From assembly GCF_024521635.1 (NCBI RefSeq), contig NW_026250432.1:62001-126000 (forward strand): a stretch of DNA of 64,000 nt, in the 5' to 3' direction. The DNA is from Tricharina praecox (lineage: Eukaryota). Each line of letters opens with the position of its first letter. Position 1 is the first letter of the stretch. Below are positions 21,001 to 33,325 of the stretch, one piece after another. The notes beneath the pieces were generated by a model. It had not been told where the DNA came from. It did no database searches and was given only the letters and a program-made list of their open reading frames with translations. The translations under genes were made by a program, and so were the position numbers.

Positions 21001-23053
21001 GGAAGCAGGCCACCTTGGAGTGGTGGATCGACTCTTGGAGAAGGGGGCCACTGTCAACGCAGCGCCAGTATCTTATTCCGGAAGAACCGCCCTCCAAGCA
21101 GCATCGGAAGGAGGCCACCTTGGAGTGGTGGATCGACTCTTGGAGAAGGGGGCCGATGTCAACGCAGATCCAGCACGTCATTCCGGAAGAACCGCCCTCC
21201 AAGCAGCATCGGAAGGAGGCCACCTTGGAGTGGTGGATCGACTCTTGGAGAAGGGGGCCACTGTCAACGCAGATCCAGCAGGTCATCCCGGAAGAACCGC
21301 CCTACAAGCAGCATCGGAAGGAGGCCACCTTGAAGTGGTGGATCGACTCTTGGAGAAGGGGGCCGATGTCAACGCAGCGCCATCAGATTGGCACGGAAGA
21401 ACTGCCCTACAAGCAGCATCGGAAGGAGGCCACCTTGAAGTGGTGGATCGACTCTTGGAGAAGGGGGCCACTGTCAACGCAGATCCAGCAGGTGATTCCG
21501 GAAGAACCGCCCTACAAGCAGCATCGGAAGGAGGCCACCTTGGAGTGGTGGATCGACTCTTGGAGAAGGGGGCCGATGTCAACGCAGATCCAGCATATGA
21601 TTACGGAAGAACCGCCCTACAAGCAGCATCGGAAGGAGGCCACCTTGAAGTGGTGGATCGACTCTTGGAGAAGGGGGCCGATGTCAACGCAGCGCCAGCA
21701 TATTGGTACGGAAGAACCGCCCTACAAGCAGCATCGGAAGGAGGCCACCTTGAAGTGGTGGATCGACTCTTGGAGAAGGGGGCCACTGTCAACGCAGATC
21801 CAGCAGGTCATTCCGGAAGAACCGCCCTACAAGCAGCATCGGAAGCAGGCCACCTTGGAGTGGTGGATCGACTCTTGGAGGAGGGGGCCACTGTCAACGC
21901 AGCGCCAGTATCTTATTCCGGAAGAACCGCCCTCCAAGCAGCATCGGAAGGAGGCCACCTTGAAGTGGTGGATCGACTCTTGGAGAAGGGGGCCACTGTC
22001 AACGCAGCGCCAGTATCTTATTCCGGAAGAACCGCCCTCCAAGCAGCATCGGAAGGAGGCCACCTTGGAGTGGTGGATCGACTCTTGGAGAAGGGGGCCG
22101 ATGTCAACGCAGATCCAGCAGGTCATTCCGGAAGAACCGCCCTCCAAGCAGCATCGGAAGGAGGCCACCTTGGAGTGGTGGATCGACTCTTGGAGAAGGG
22201 GGCCACTGTCAACGCAGATCCAGCATTTGATTCCGGAAGAACCGCCCTACAAGCAGCATCGGAAGGAGGCCACCTTGGAGTGGTGGATCGACTCTTGGAG
22301 AAGGGGGCCACTGTCAACGCAGATCCAGCATTTGATTCCGGAAGAACCGCCCTACAAGCAGCATCGGAAGGAGGCCACCTTGGAGTGGTGGATCGACTCT
22401 TGGAGAAGGGGGCCGATGTCAACGCAGCGCCAGCATTTTATTCCGGAAGAACCGCCCTACAAACAGCATCGGAAGGAGGCCACCTTGGAGTGGTGGATCG
22501 ACTCTTGGAGAAGGGGGCCACTGTCAACGCAGATCCAGCAGGTCATTCCGGAAGAACCGCCCTCCAAGCAGCATCGGAAGGAGGCCACCTTGGAGTGGTG
22601 GATCGACTCTTGGCGATGAGGGCCCGTGTCAACGCAGCACCGGCAGGATGTAGAGGAAGAACAGCCCTACAAGCAGCATCGGAAGGAGGCCACCTTGGAG
22701 TGGTGGATCGACTCTTGGAGAAGGGGGCCGATGTCAACGCAGATCCAGCAGGTGATTCCGGAAGAACCGCCCTACAAGCAGCATCGCAAGGAGGCCACCT
22801 TGAAGTGGTGGATCGACTCTTGGAGAAGGGGGCCGATGTCAACGCAGCGCCAGCATATTGGTCCGGAAGAACCGCCCTACAAGCAGCATCGGAAGGAGGC
22901 CACCTTGGAGTGGTGGATCGACTCTTGGAGAAGGGGGCCGATGTCAACGCAGATCCAGCAGGTCATTCCGGAAGAACCGCCCTCCAAGCAGCATCGGAAG
23001 GAGGCCACCTTAGAGTTGGGGAACGGCTACGTGCAGCAGGCGCAACTGAATAA
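18051..23053 (+). CDS. CorA-like TM + ankyrin-repeat protein, paralogue 4 (apparently intact, ~1535 aa)
   Basis: Manual exons 18051-18167, 18231-18259, 18319-18518, 18571-18986, 19047-19397, 19449-19529, 19583-19612 and 19670-23053 are all GT-AG and stay in frame. They encode IDEAYKAREQNASIKRLSWIT-FIFLPLLFVS-SLYGMNVDLLADNPQWTTYFYIAAPVFAGVMLAVVFL followed by 28 GRT(A/T)L ankyrin units. Confidence 0.85.
20130..23050 (+). repeat. Coding tandem array of 28 105-bp ankyrin repeats
   Basis: Same consensus as 660-2669. Loop order: KEG, SRS, GHS, GHP, DWH, GDS, YDY, YWY, GHS, SYS, RHS, GHP, DWH, GDS, YDY, YWY, GHS, SYS, SYS, GHS, FDS, FDS, FYS, GHS, GCR, GDS, YWS, GHS. Confidence 0.97.
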
Positions 23054-23559
23054 GGTAGAAGCCATTCCTGGAATCCACTTTTTCCTGGTTATTAATACTT
23101 ATTATGATTGACGACAGATTATGCATGTTTCAGATCGGTTTACGACCGGTTAGCGAGATAGAGCGGGTGTTGGTATTCAGGATCATCGTGTCCCGTCGAT
23201 GGATGACGTACGACGATACATTTGTTTTTTTTTTGTACATGCATGATGGATGTCGATATTTTGCCTGTTATCCTCGATCTATTGGTTTCAATTTTCTCTT
23301 TCTCTCTAAATGCTTTACTATTGTTGGTAATTCGTTTTGTATCAGGTTGTACTGATACTCCCTCACTGCCGCACTACGTGAGGAATGGGGTTATTGGTGT
23401 CTGGATGTGATACTGTCGGAGATGGATAATGAGGTACTTTGACAAACATTGAGCAAGGCGACGAGTGCTTGTTTTCTTCCTCCGGTGTACGTAGCCCACC
23501 TTCGCGGGTATCGCAGTGGCGACATGGTATCATACCTATACATGCTGGGGTTTATTCGT
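23054..23559 (+). repeat. 3' flank of paralogue 4, near-identical to 2673-3178
   Basis: Direct sequence match that ends at ...GGGTTTATTCGT. Confidence 0.95.
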
Positions 23560-24236
23560 CGTAACGGTAGATTTTACCTGCCGAGTTTCGCGACGACGGA
23601 AAGTGCAAGATCGAGTGGGTGTTCGTCCGTCAGATGCAGATTTCTTTGCGAATGGATATTGCCGAGTGACGGCGATGAAGGGTGATTTCCTTAGTGTTTA
23701 AGGATGATGAATGACTACATTTTATGCTCTCCCTCTCCGGAACCCTCTAAATGCGGGGTTTTGCACGGGGTTTTCGTACTACGGCTACTGTGTATGCACG
23801 CATCGTATTCAAAATTAGTGAAGGAAGAGGTTATTTGAGAATGCGGAGGCCGTATGTGAATCGATTTGGGTCGACGAACGTTGCAGATGGAGAACCTTGC
23901 GGTGTTTGGTGCAATAGGTTATCGTTTTATCTGTGTATGATATCTGTGAATGATATCCGATGGGAAAATGCTGAGAAAGGGTGACCGGAGCGTGGTTGGG
24001 AGTTTCATAGGTTTCTGTGAGCAGGACTCATTCATCGGTTCCTCAGCACCGGCAGGCTTCCTTTGAACTTTTTGCCGCCTGTGCTCAGGCCAGTCACACT
24101 TCACATCCCGAGTACAGCCAGTAACTATTCTCCTCTCGAACCAAAAAAAAGCACAACATTATGTATAACCCCAGTGCACACGCTCAAGTACAAGTACAAT
24201 CCTCCTATATCTATGCAACCCAATGTGACCAAGCAC

Positions 24237-26519
24237 CTACAAGCCTCTCCACGCCAGCTTCTGCAAATGATCCACCCTCTTCCTAGTCTGCTTCACAAAG
24301 CCGAGGAAATTCATTTCCGCAATGGATCGATAAAACAGTGCCCTATTGTGGTGTCAGTCAGCCATCAACGTCGTGGGGGGGGGGGGGGGCATACTGTGCA
24401 GCCCCTTCATCCACTCTATCTTCGACGTCGTCGTCATCCTCCTCCGCGTCTTCGCTCGTCACGACACTCTTGAAAGCGCTCCACAGATCGTACGTGTTGA
24501 TCAGCGCGCCGCCCTCAAGGTACAGCTGGTATGCGATGCTAGTGGCCGGGTGCGAGCGCATCACTGCGCCCTCGTCGTCCTGCAGCTCCTCGTCGGTGCG
24601 GTGGCAGCACTCGCAGCCCAGGTATTGCGCCGGCCTGGCGAGGGCGCGTTCCACTGCGCCGCGCGCGCGCGGCGCGAACACATCTCTGTGCGGCGAGGGT
24701 AGGTCGTAAAAGAATAGCTCGTGGAGGAAGATGTTGCTGATGGGCTCCAGCTTGGTGGAGAAGTACTGCGCGAAGACGTCGTAAACTTCTTGGATCAGCT
24801 GCGAGTATAGCGTGTCGTGCTTGCTGAGCGTCGATTTGTGCGCGCTGATCTGGATCTTTTTGGAGACTGCGGTGGAGCGCAGCGAGGAGGTGAGGGAGAC
24901 GTCGAATTCGCTGGTCAGATTGCCGCCGCCGTTGGAGGTGGATGATACGAGGGCGTCGATACGGGCTTTGAACGGGAATAGGTCGTTGGCGATGGCGGTG
25001 TTGGAGAGCATGGAGATCAGCGTGAGGAAGGATTTTGAGTTCATCTTTTTCACGGAGAGAAGGAGTTCGCGAACTAGGGGACTTTCTACGTGAAGGTCGC
25101 CGGACAGGACCCGGGGTAGGAGCTCGTAGCGAGGGATGCGCACGTTGGAGGCGGAGGAGAGACCGCTGCGGGCGAGCTCAAGAACTTCGATGGCTTCGCC
25201 GAGTTGCAAGGCGTAGGAATGGCAATCGGAAGCGGCTGTGGTGACGGCTGATCGGAGGTGAAAATCGTCCTCTAGGAGAGCGCGGATTTCTGTCGTCTCT
25301 CGGTCCTCGAGTTTTGTCTCTATAGACCTGGGACCATATTAGCCATCGAGAATACAGCAATGGAGTATTTCAACCCATACTTTCTGAACGACGGAAGGTT
25401 CCGAATGGCCTCAACATGCTCATCGGCCAGCACCTTCCCAAGCCCCTCCTGATCCCCCAAAAATCCGAGCACAATGCTCAGCGGATTCGCATAGAAATGC
25501 GACATATACGCGTACTTCAGCGCGGCCACGAAAGTCTGGATACTTTGTGTATGGTTCTTCTGGCGGTCCATTAGAAGATCGCACATTGTTGTGCCCAGCC
25601 TGAGCGTAGTCTCGCTCCCCAACACCGCATCGTTAAAGACCTGCGCCAGACACTCTTCCGCGCGCTCGACATCGAATTTGTCCCCTCGCATCATCCGTAT
25701 CGTTGCTTTGGGCAGCTTCTCGTGGAAGATCTCGAGCGACGTAGCGATTCCGAGCAACAGCACAAACGGGATGCGATCGAGATAGCTGCTGAAAAGCGAC
25801 ACCAGATCCCCCAGTATTGCCGCATCAAACGCCTCGGTATCCTGGATCGCAACCGTCACTTTCATGTCGGGATGCAGCGCACACCAATTCTGCAGTATCT
25901 GCAGGTCGTAATTCAACAGCTTCCTCCCCTTGCGCCCCATGATCGTATCGATATCCTCCGTCTCCTCCTCTTCCACGCCCTCATCCGCCATCGTTGCATC
26001 TTTGATGATCTTCCTCAGCGCCCCCTTAAGATTCACCGCATCCTTGGACGTCAACACAACCACGGGCCCAGTAGAGTCCTTATCCCTGATCCTTTCCGCG
26101 AACTGCGCGAACAGCGGCGCATGCGACGCGATATTCGGCCCGGTGAGGACAAGTGCAGTGGGGATCTTCCCGTCGAGGTCGTCGCTGCGGGCGGCAGACA
26201 CGAAGGTGGATACGTCGTCGAGGGTCTTCTGGTTGAATGAGTCGAGGACGTCGCGGATACGCGCCTCCTGCTGCGCCCACAGCCTGTGGTATATTTCCCA
26301 TCGCGTCTGGATCGCCAGCTCCGACTCTTTGCCCGCGAACAGTGGCGGGAACAGGCATTTCTGCGGCGCTTCTTCGCCGCCGTCCGGAGCTTTTCGCCGC
26401 CGTTTGCTGGGTCGCACAGGTTCGGCGCCGCCGCCAGGAGCGAAGATGTAGCTGCCTTGGTGCTCGAGGCGGTCGTAGGTGTCGTCGCCATCGGATTCGG
26501 GAGTGCGTTCGCGTGCCAT
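24237..26519 (-). CDS. ORC3: Origin recognition complex subunit 3 (multi-exon)
   Basis: Motifs IPTALVLTGPNIASH, LLNYDLQIL, IPFVLLLGIATS, LKYAYMSHFYANPLS, PRARGAVERALARPAQYL, LYLEGGALINTYDLWSAF; final exon FLGFVKQTRKRVDHLQKLAWRGL*. Confidence 0.92.
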
Positions 26520-26791
26520 TTTCGGATTGGGAAGCTGTTCGTGTTTGGGACGCGGCCAGGGAGAACGTGACTGAGCTAAGGACATGGGGCATATTTTTAC
26601 ATAAGCCACATCCGGCCGTGAATTGAGAACACCCTGGTCTCCCGAGTCCCAAACGCCGATCTTGCGAGCTAGGGCAACAAAAGATGCATGGACTTTCGAA
26701 TGCCCATGCTTGTTCACATAATCGCACCCGTCAAACAGTCAACTTCAACCCCCTCTATTCATGGTATCTACGTTATATACACAAATCGGAT

Positions 26792-29285
26792 CTACGCCAT
26801 GGCCGCCTTCATCATCGTATTTCCATTGATGATCGCTGTGGTGCCAATAACAATCTGTCGTCTCGCTATATATGATCACGGTGATTAGCCTTTCTCCCTA
26901 CTGGCGCTCCCGGGTGAAGATAACATACCTTCCTCTCTCCTCCCAATAAACCTCAGCGCCGAGATCTCTGTGAATGTGCAACCCCCTAGAAAGAACACAA
27001 CAGTAACCTTCTTATCGTTCTGTCCATTTAGGATAGTCCTAGCTCTGACCGCCTTCTCCTCTCCCCTCTGTGGCTCGTCAAAGGTCTTGCCCTGAACATT
27101 CTTGAGCACGTCTTCGAAGCCTCTCCATCCGACCGCACCGGCATTGACACCGGCGTTCGTTCCGTCCTCGCCCCGACGGCCCTTCGCCGCCGCGGTCATC
27201 AACTGCTTCTGCACAACGCATTGGACTAGCCGCACGCTCAGTGGCGCGTAGCCCGAGTAGACGTATGAGATGTCGTCGGGCTCGTGCTCGTTGACTTCGT
27301 CGACGATCAGCCGGAGCGGCTTGCGTAGGTTGGTGTATGAGGTCCTATTAATTCCTGATGCCGTAACGGCAGCCCGGGACTGGAAGATTCCCAGTTTCTC
27401 TAGAGCGTCGAGGGTGAGGACGTGTTGGTACCCATAGGCCTGCAATATCTCTCGTTTGAAGCTCTCGAAGTCCTTGGGCTTCAGGCCACCGGTCATCAAG
27501 GACTCTATACACAGTAACCGTAGTACAAATTCGAGGGGGGCATCCCGAGCGATCAGCTCTTCGATTACATCGTGTTGGCTCGGGGGGTCGACGCCTGCCA
27601 CGAGGTTCTGTTGCACTTCAAGCGCTTTATTGAACATCTCCGATCGTGTGTGCTTCATTATCTCCTCCGCCAGCCCCGTGTGCAATCTCAAGCTCTGGTG
27701 CTCCTGCTGTAGACCGCCAAGCTTGCTCACGAACTGTCGGATCTCAGTCACCGTTTTCGCCTGGTGCCTTCCTTCGTAGTCGTCGTTTAACCGTCGGGCA
27801 ACTTTATTCAGAAGACCTCCGACGATAGCGAAGTTCGTGTCTCGGAGGTTGTCGAACAGCTTATCCTCAGAAGATAACAGCACGGGCCGTTTCTTCTGCT
27901 GCGTCGTAGGAACAGGCGACTTTGAACTCGATGCCGATGAGTCGACATTACTGGACTGCTGCTGTTGCGGCGGGCCGACGAGGGCAGCATCGAGCTCGAT
28001 TTTGCCTGTCTGATCAGCACGCCCTTTCCACGGTCGAAACTGCACATGGTAACATACTGTTATGGATCCCGATCGTCTCATCGATAAGCCCCTCATAGGT
28101 CAACTGTGTCATCAACGGCGTGACAAAGTCAACATCTCTATCGATCACGATGAGTTCCCCCAGGACGCTGCTGGGCGTAAGCGCAAACGGGCTGCTGCCG
28201 TCGGCCACGTCCTCCTCGGTCCTCATCCGGATCAACTGATCCGCCAATCGTCGAGCACGATCACCTTTCCCGATGATGCGCGGAAACAACCCGTGCCGTC
28301 GTTGGATACTCATGAGCGCGCGAGCCGAGTAGAATATGGAGGTGTGATCTTTTCGCTTTGGTCGGGCATCTATCGGTAAGACAAATACACGCAGTATACG
28401 CATCTAGAGCTCAGATTGCCTACCAAGTACAGCTCCTCGAACGTGCTCTCGAGCTCCAGCGACAGCAGATCATGCTCCAGCGGTATAAAATAGAGCGGGA
28501 ACTCGCGGATCGTGATCTCGCCCAGGATCCCCTCATCTTCAAAGATCTTCTCGCACACTAGTGTCCGCCGCGGCGCCAGAAACACGTTGTATTCGAATTC
28601 TTGTCCGGGAATTTTGGAATTGTTCTTGATCTGGTCTACACCCACGAGTGTCAGCCTCATGATACCAAAAATCACGATCCCTTCCACGTCCAACGAAGTA
28701 CGAAGTGTGATTTCGGCCAGGCTGTGGAATTAGTTGATGTAGGGAGCATGACTGGCAGCAGCGAGTAGGAGCAAATGCTCGATGTTGCCTACTTGAGTCC
28801 CAGAAGTCGGACGAGACGAGACGAGAGTGTCGGGATCGGGATCGGGGGGTGGACTCGGTTCGCTTACTAGCTATGGCGTACGCATTCTTGACAGTACATC
28901 GCGCAAGGTACACGATATTCTTCTGTGGCTGCACGGGGACCGGTTCGTCGAGCCAAAAGATCTTCTCCACGCCGTAATCCTACGCCACTCAGCATGCCGG
29001 GCCCCCACCGGTGTGTAGCAGCTAGATACACGCGACTGACTTGTAGTATCGAGAACTTCGCAAAAAGGCCGATGGGACCGCTCAGAGTCCGGTCGAGAAA
29101 CAGTATCTTCTTTCCTCGGACCTAAACACGACCTCTAGTCAACACGATCCGAGCTCCCACCCCTCTCCCACACTGCCGCTAGCTGTGGGACGTCCGACGA
29201 AACGTACACCTTCGAGGAGATCCAGGAGATCTTTGAGCGCCGTGTCTTTAATGTGGGCTGTATCTATGCCCGTGGTAGGAGCCAT
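26792..29285 (-). CDS. VPS33: Vacuolar protein sorting Sec1/Munc18 protein Vps33 (multi-exon)
   Basis: Motifs PRRTLVCEKIFEDEG, FIPLEHDLLSLEL, IDRDVDFVTPLMTQLTYEGLIDE, DISYVYSGYAPLSVRLVQ, VVFFLGGCTFTEISALRF. Confidence 0.93.
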
Positions 29286-29755
29286 TGTGGGAACAGGACA
29301 CCGGCTATCGTCTTCGTCGTTGGTGTTGAGGAGGTGTCGTCGATAGCGGCATGGGGGTGACGTTGGTGTTGTGGCCGGAGGCTAGACGTGATCCCTGAAG
29401 CTTAAGCCATGCGCTAATGGCGCCAAAGCCCGGATCACACGTGTGCCGATGGAAACAATAATCCACTTCAGAGCCCATCAAATCGTCGTCGAACAAAACG
29501 TCCACAATCATTACCATCTATTATACTTAAATGTAGAAAAACAGCTTTTGAGAAGACATCCATCTTCGCTTTCATAAACGCAACTGGACAGCAAATTCGT
29601 CCATTGTGGGTGCCTCGGTGTTACCGCACCACAAACAATCCATTCGTCGCAAAAGAAAGAGAAAAAGAACCGGAATAAGAAAGAGCTCATGACAAAGGAA
29701 AACGCTATTCAGTCGGCCCCTCCAGTCATATCAAACGATCCCCCTCTCATATAAT

Positions 29756-30427
29756 TCAAACGGTGTGGTCATCGTAAACGAACTGGATATCTCTCACAGA
29801 TCTGCCCGCTCTCAGGACAAACTGATCGTCACCCTCCGGTCGCTCGTTCTTGGTGTTTCCGGTCAACATGCTCTGTATCGACATGCAAACCGACTCCACG
29901 CTCTGAACAGGCGACCATCCGTTGCCCGACGACAGGAGATCGAGACAGATCACGCCGTTGGAGTAGATATGCGGGTGCATTGGGATCTCGCGGTCGGGAG
30001 CCTGGACGAACATCACCTCTGGCGCCTGCTCACTCACAGTTAGCCATCCACGCACTGATCCAGCCAGCCAGCCACGCAGCACGCACTTCTATCGGGTAAT
30101 TCTGGGAGAACCGAAAGTTGAGCCGAAACGTCTTGCCACTGTACAGAGGATTATCGTCGAGCACCCTGATGTCCATCTGCCAACGCTGCAGGTCGTCGGC
30201 CTTCACAAGTGTGATTCCTGTTCGTTTTCGTTCAGAATCCAAGCTTGTGCGGATTGTAGTTAGAGCGATCACCCACCCGGCGCAAGACCATGCTGATGTA
30301 TCTATTGTGAGCGCGCGCCTTTGTTAGTACATGCTTACTCTATGTACCATCAACTTGGGAAGTGGCGGTGAGGGTTGGAATAGGTACTTGCCTTTGCTAA
30401 CTCCTTCTGCAATCGCTTGGCGAACAT
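29756..30427 (-). CDS. Ubiquitin-conjugating enzyme E2, UBE2W-like (multi-exon)
   Basis: Start MFAKRLQKE; FRFSQNYPIE; HPHIYSNGVICLDLL active-site motif; WSPVQSVESVCMSIQSML; C-terminal FVYDDHTV. Confidence 0.85.
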
Positions 30428-31142
30428 GGCGATATGGTGGGATGGTGGCGGGGTCTAGGAAGGATAGATGTGCGGAGGCGGGGGTGGTGGTGGTGGTTGG
30501 TGTTGATGGATGAGAAGGAAGTTGAGTTAGAGCTTCCGGAAGGATTTGGGGCGGGGTGGGGTTTCCTTTGCTTCCTTCGAAGTTTGTATGACAAGGGTCG
30601 GTTGGTGTCACCTTGCTGATCGGTGTCATTCAAAGCGAGCTGTCATCGCATAGGACGAGGAGGTGATAAAGAGAGTCATCTACAGAGCAAGACTTCATAT
30701 CACCATGCGCATGCAGACCACCGATAGTCGGTAAGGCGGACTGACATCGCATCGCTGCGGCTTGTTGTCTTTATCCTGGCTCTCGCCGTTGGCTTCAGCC
30801 CTAACCCGACGCATGCGGTATCACTCACTCGATCAAGTGTTGGGGAGGTTTTCTCGCTCCAGTTGAACGCGAATTCCGAACACCAGAGTTGAGTAGGAAT
30901 CAAGAAGTACATAATGTATCTATAAGACCGTCTGATAGCATTATATAGGTAGCTGAAAGCACCGTCAAACATGAGTGCGGATCCATGATTTACGCTTAAC
31001 TTTGTTCGCTCCAAGCGCCAAACGTCAGTGAACCAATGGACCATCTGCCCCGCAATCCCAACCCGCAGCCCAATCTCCGAATAGCTTAACGAAACCACCA
31101 ACTCCTCCACCACCACAAACTCAACAGCCACACACACACACG

Positions 31143-32449
31143 ATGGTGCTCCCGCCACCGCCCGACGAGCTCAAGCTCATACGGCCGTTCATCCAGCGCG
31201 GAAACCAGATGGACGGACGCGACGGCATAATCACGTACTATTGCTACTTCTGGGCGATCCGGCTGGCGCTGGAGAGGGGTCTGCATACGGCGTCGCCCGA
31301 GTGCACGGCGTATGTGTCAAAAACCATGGAAGATCTTGAAACGGTGTGTGCTATTGTCTACCGGTGGAGGTGTCTAGAGTAGGCGCTGACTGTTGGCGGG
31401 GGGTAGAGGAAGGAAGCATTGAAGGGCGATGATAGGCTCGAAGACGATATGGTAGCCCGCGCATATGTCGAGAACTTCGCGTTCCGGATCTTCGACACGG
31501 GGAGTAAAGCTGTTGAGGCTGGACGCGCAACTGAGTTTGTCGCCGCATTCCCTCTCTCCTGATCCCCATCTGATAGAGGCGTAGGAAAACTCCCGAGACC
31601 CTCCAAGCGGCCGCAGTGTTCCTGGAGATCACCAAGACCTTTGACGATGCTCCGACGGATGGCGAGATCGCAAAGAAGATTAAATATGCGAAGTTTCATG
31701 CGGCACGGATACTTAAGGCTATGAGGGAGGGCAATGATTTGAATCCGCCGCAGCAGGCCCCGCCGCCGCCAGCGCTGGATGATTCTACACGCCCACACCC
31801 GACAGTCGAGGAGGTTCCCGATGAGACGTTCGCCCCGCAGCCGGGTACAGTTAGTACTCCGGATATTATGATGAGTGGGCCTGCGCCGGTAGAGTTGCCG
31901 GCCACGGCGGCAGCGCAGGAGGGGTATTTCCCGCAGGTGCCGATGGGACATGAGTCGCCGGTGGTGGAGAAATCTACCTTCTCAGACATGGACTTCAGTC
32001 CGCCGTCGCCGCCATCGTTAGCCCCGCGGAGTGCTCCTCCTCCAACACCCCCGGTGCCTCAGTCACCACCACCACCGCCTCCTCCGCCGCAGGTATATCA
32101 ACCACTGCCACCACCCCCTCCGATATTCCATCCGCCGCCGCTGGCGCAGGTGTTTCACCAGCCACCACCGCCCCCCGTACAGCCGCCACCACCGCAACCT
32201 CAATACCAGCAAACCTACAATCCTCCCACACCCTACAACCAACCGACACCATCACCCTACCACCAACAACAACAACCATCACCACCACCACCACCCCAGG
32301 CTAGACAGCAAGTGAGCGAAGCGGACATAGCGAAAGCGCAAAAACTCGCCAAGTGGGCCATCTCGGCATTGGATTACGAAGACATCGACAATGCGGTACT
32401 GCAGCTCCGCAATGCGCTAGCCGCGCTTGGGGCTGGTCCTCAGGTTTAA
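31143..32449 (+). CDS. VTA1: ESCRT accessory factor Vta1
   Basis: N-terminal MIT region (IITYYCYFWAI, KKIKYAKFHAARILKA), Pro-rich linker, and C-terminal IAKAQKLAKWAISALDYEDIDNAVLQL. Confidence 0.92.
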
Positions 32450-33325
32450 GCAGTGCGTTTTGCATGCGGGCGAGGGGAGGGGATGATGGGGGGGTTTAAT
32501 TATGTCCTGTTTTGTCTGTAGGTATCATAGCAACTGCAAGAGCGAGTGAGTGTAAATGCAAGTTTGGAGTTGCGGGTATGCACACTTCGCTTTTTCTTTC
32601 ATGGATGCGGCAGTTGGGAATCCTCCATGTGAGGGGGATTCTTATGACTCGGGCTAGGCGCAAAGTCGACGGATTTGGGGGTGGGGGGAGAGGGGAAGGG
32701 AGAGGGGGAGGGAGAGGGAGAGGGAGAGGCTATTTGCTAATCGCATGATGTTTATCCCGTCCGATTGTCTCTGCTGTAGTTACATACCCCGAGCCTGGAA
32801 TGGCAATCTGCCACCACTAGGACAGAAGTGATATAAACTCTCTCTCTTTCTCTCTCATTGTGAAATCCGGGGAGAGGGGAGAGCGGGGATCCCTGCAACC
32901 GCAGATGGGAATCATACACAGAAGGGAAAGAAGGAAAAAAAAACGTGCTCAAAACCCGCGCACCTGCGTTCTTGCCAATTACTCGGTTGTTGCCCAATCA
33001 CCAAACACGCGCACATGTTCCTTCTCCTTCTTCGCTTAGTGCGATTTGCGCTGGTTTTCGCAATTGGGCTGGACGGGCTGTAGGTAGAGTAGTGCTTGAC
33101 GTTGGCTGGTCCATACCGTACCGGTGGAGGGGATGAGGGAGGTATGTACCTAAGGGCAAAAGTGAGAAGATTTCTTTGTGATCGTGGGGGCTGGCCTTCA
33201 GCAGGAGGACAATGGAATGGGGAGCGTGAGAGAAGGGCATAAGTACCCGCTCGCATCCGTGCCATTGAATCGGCCATCACACCCGATCTCCACCTATCAC
33301 TCGCCCCACCGCCTCTGCCGTCAAA

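Noticed and set aside
1..23559. Diversity-generating retroelement as the proven mechanism
   Set aside because: No reverse transcriptase or adenine-rich template repeat is visible in the window. Positive selection plus recombination explains the codon pattern.
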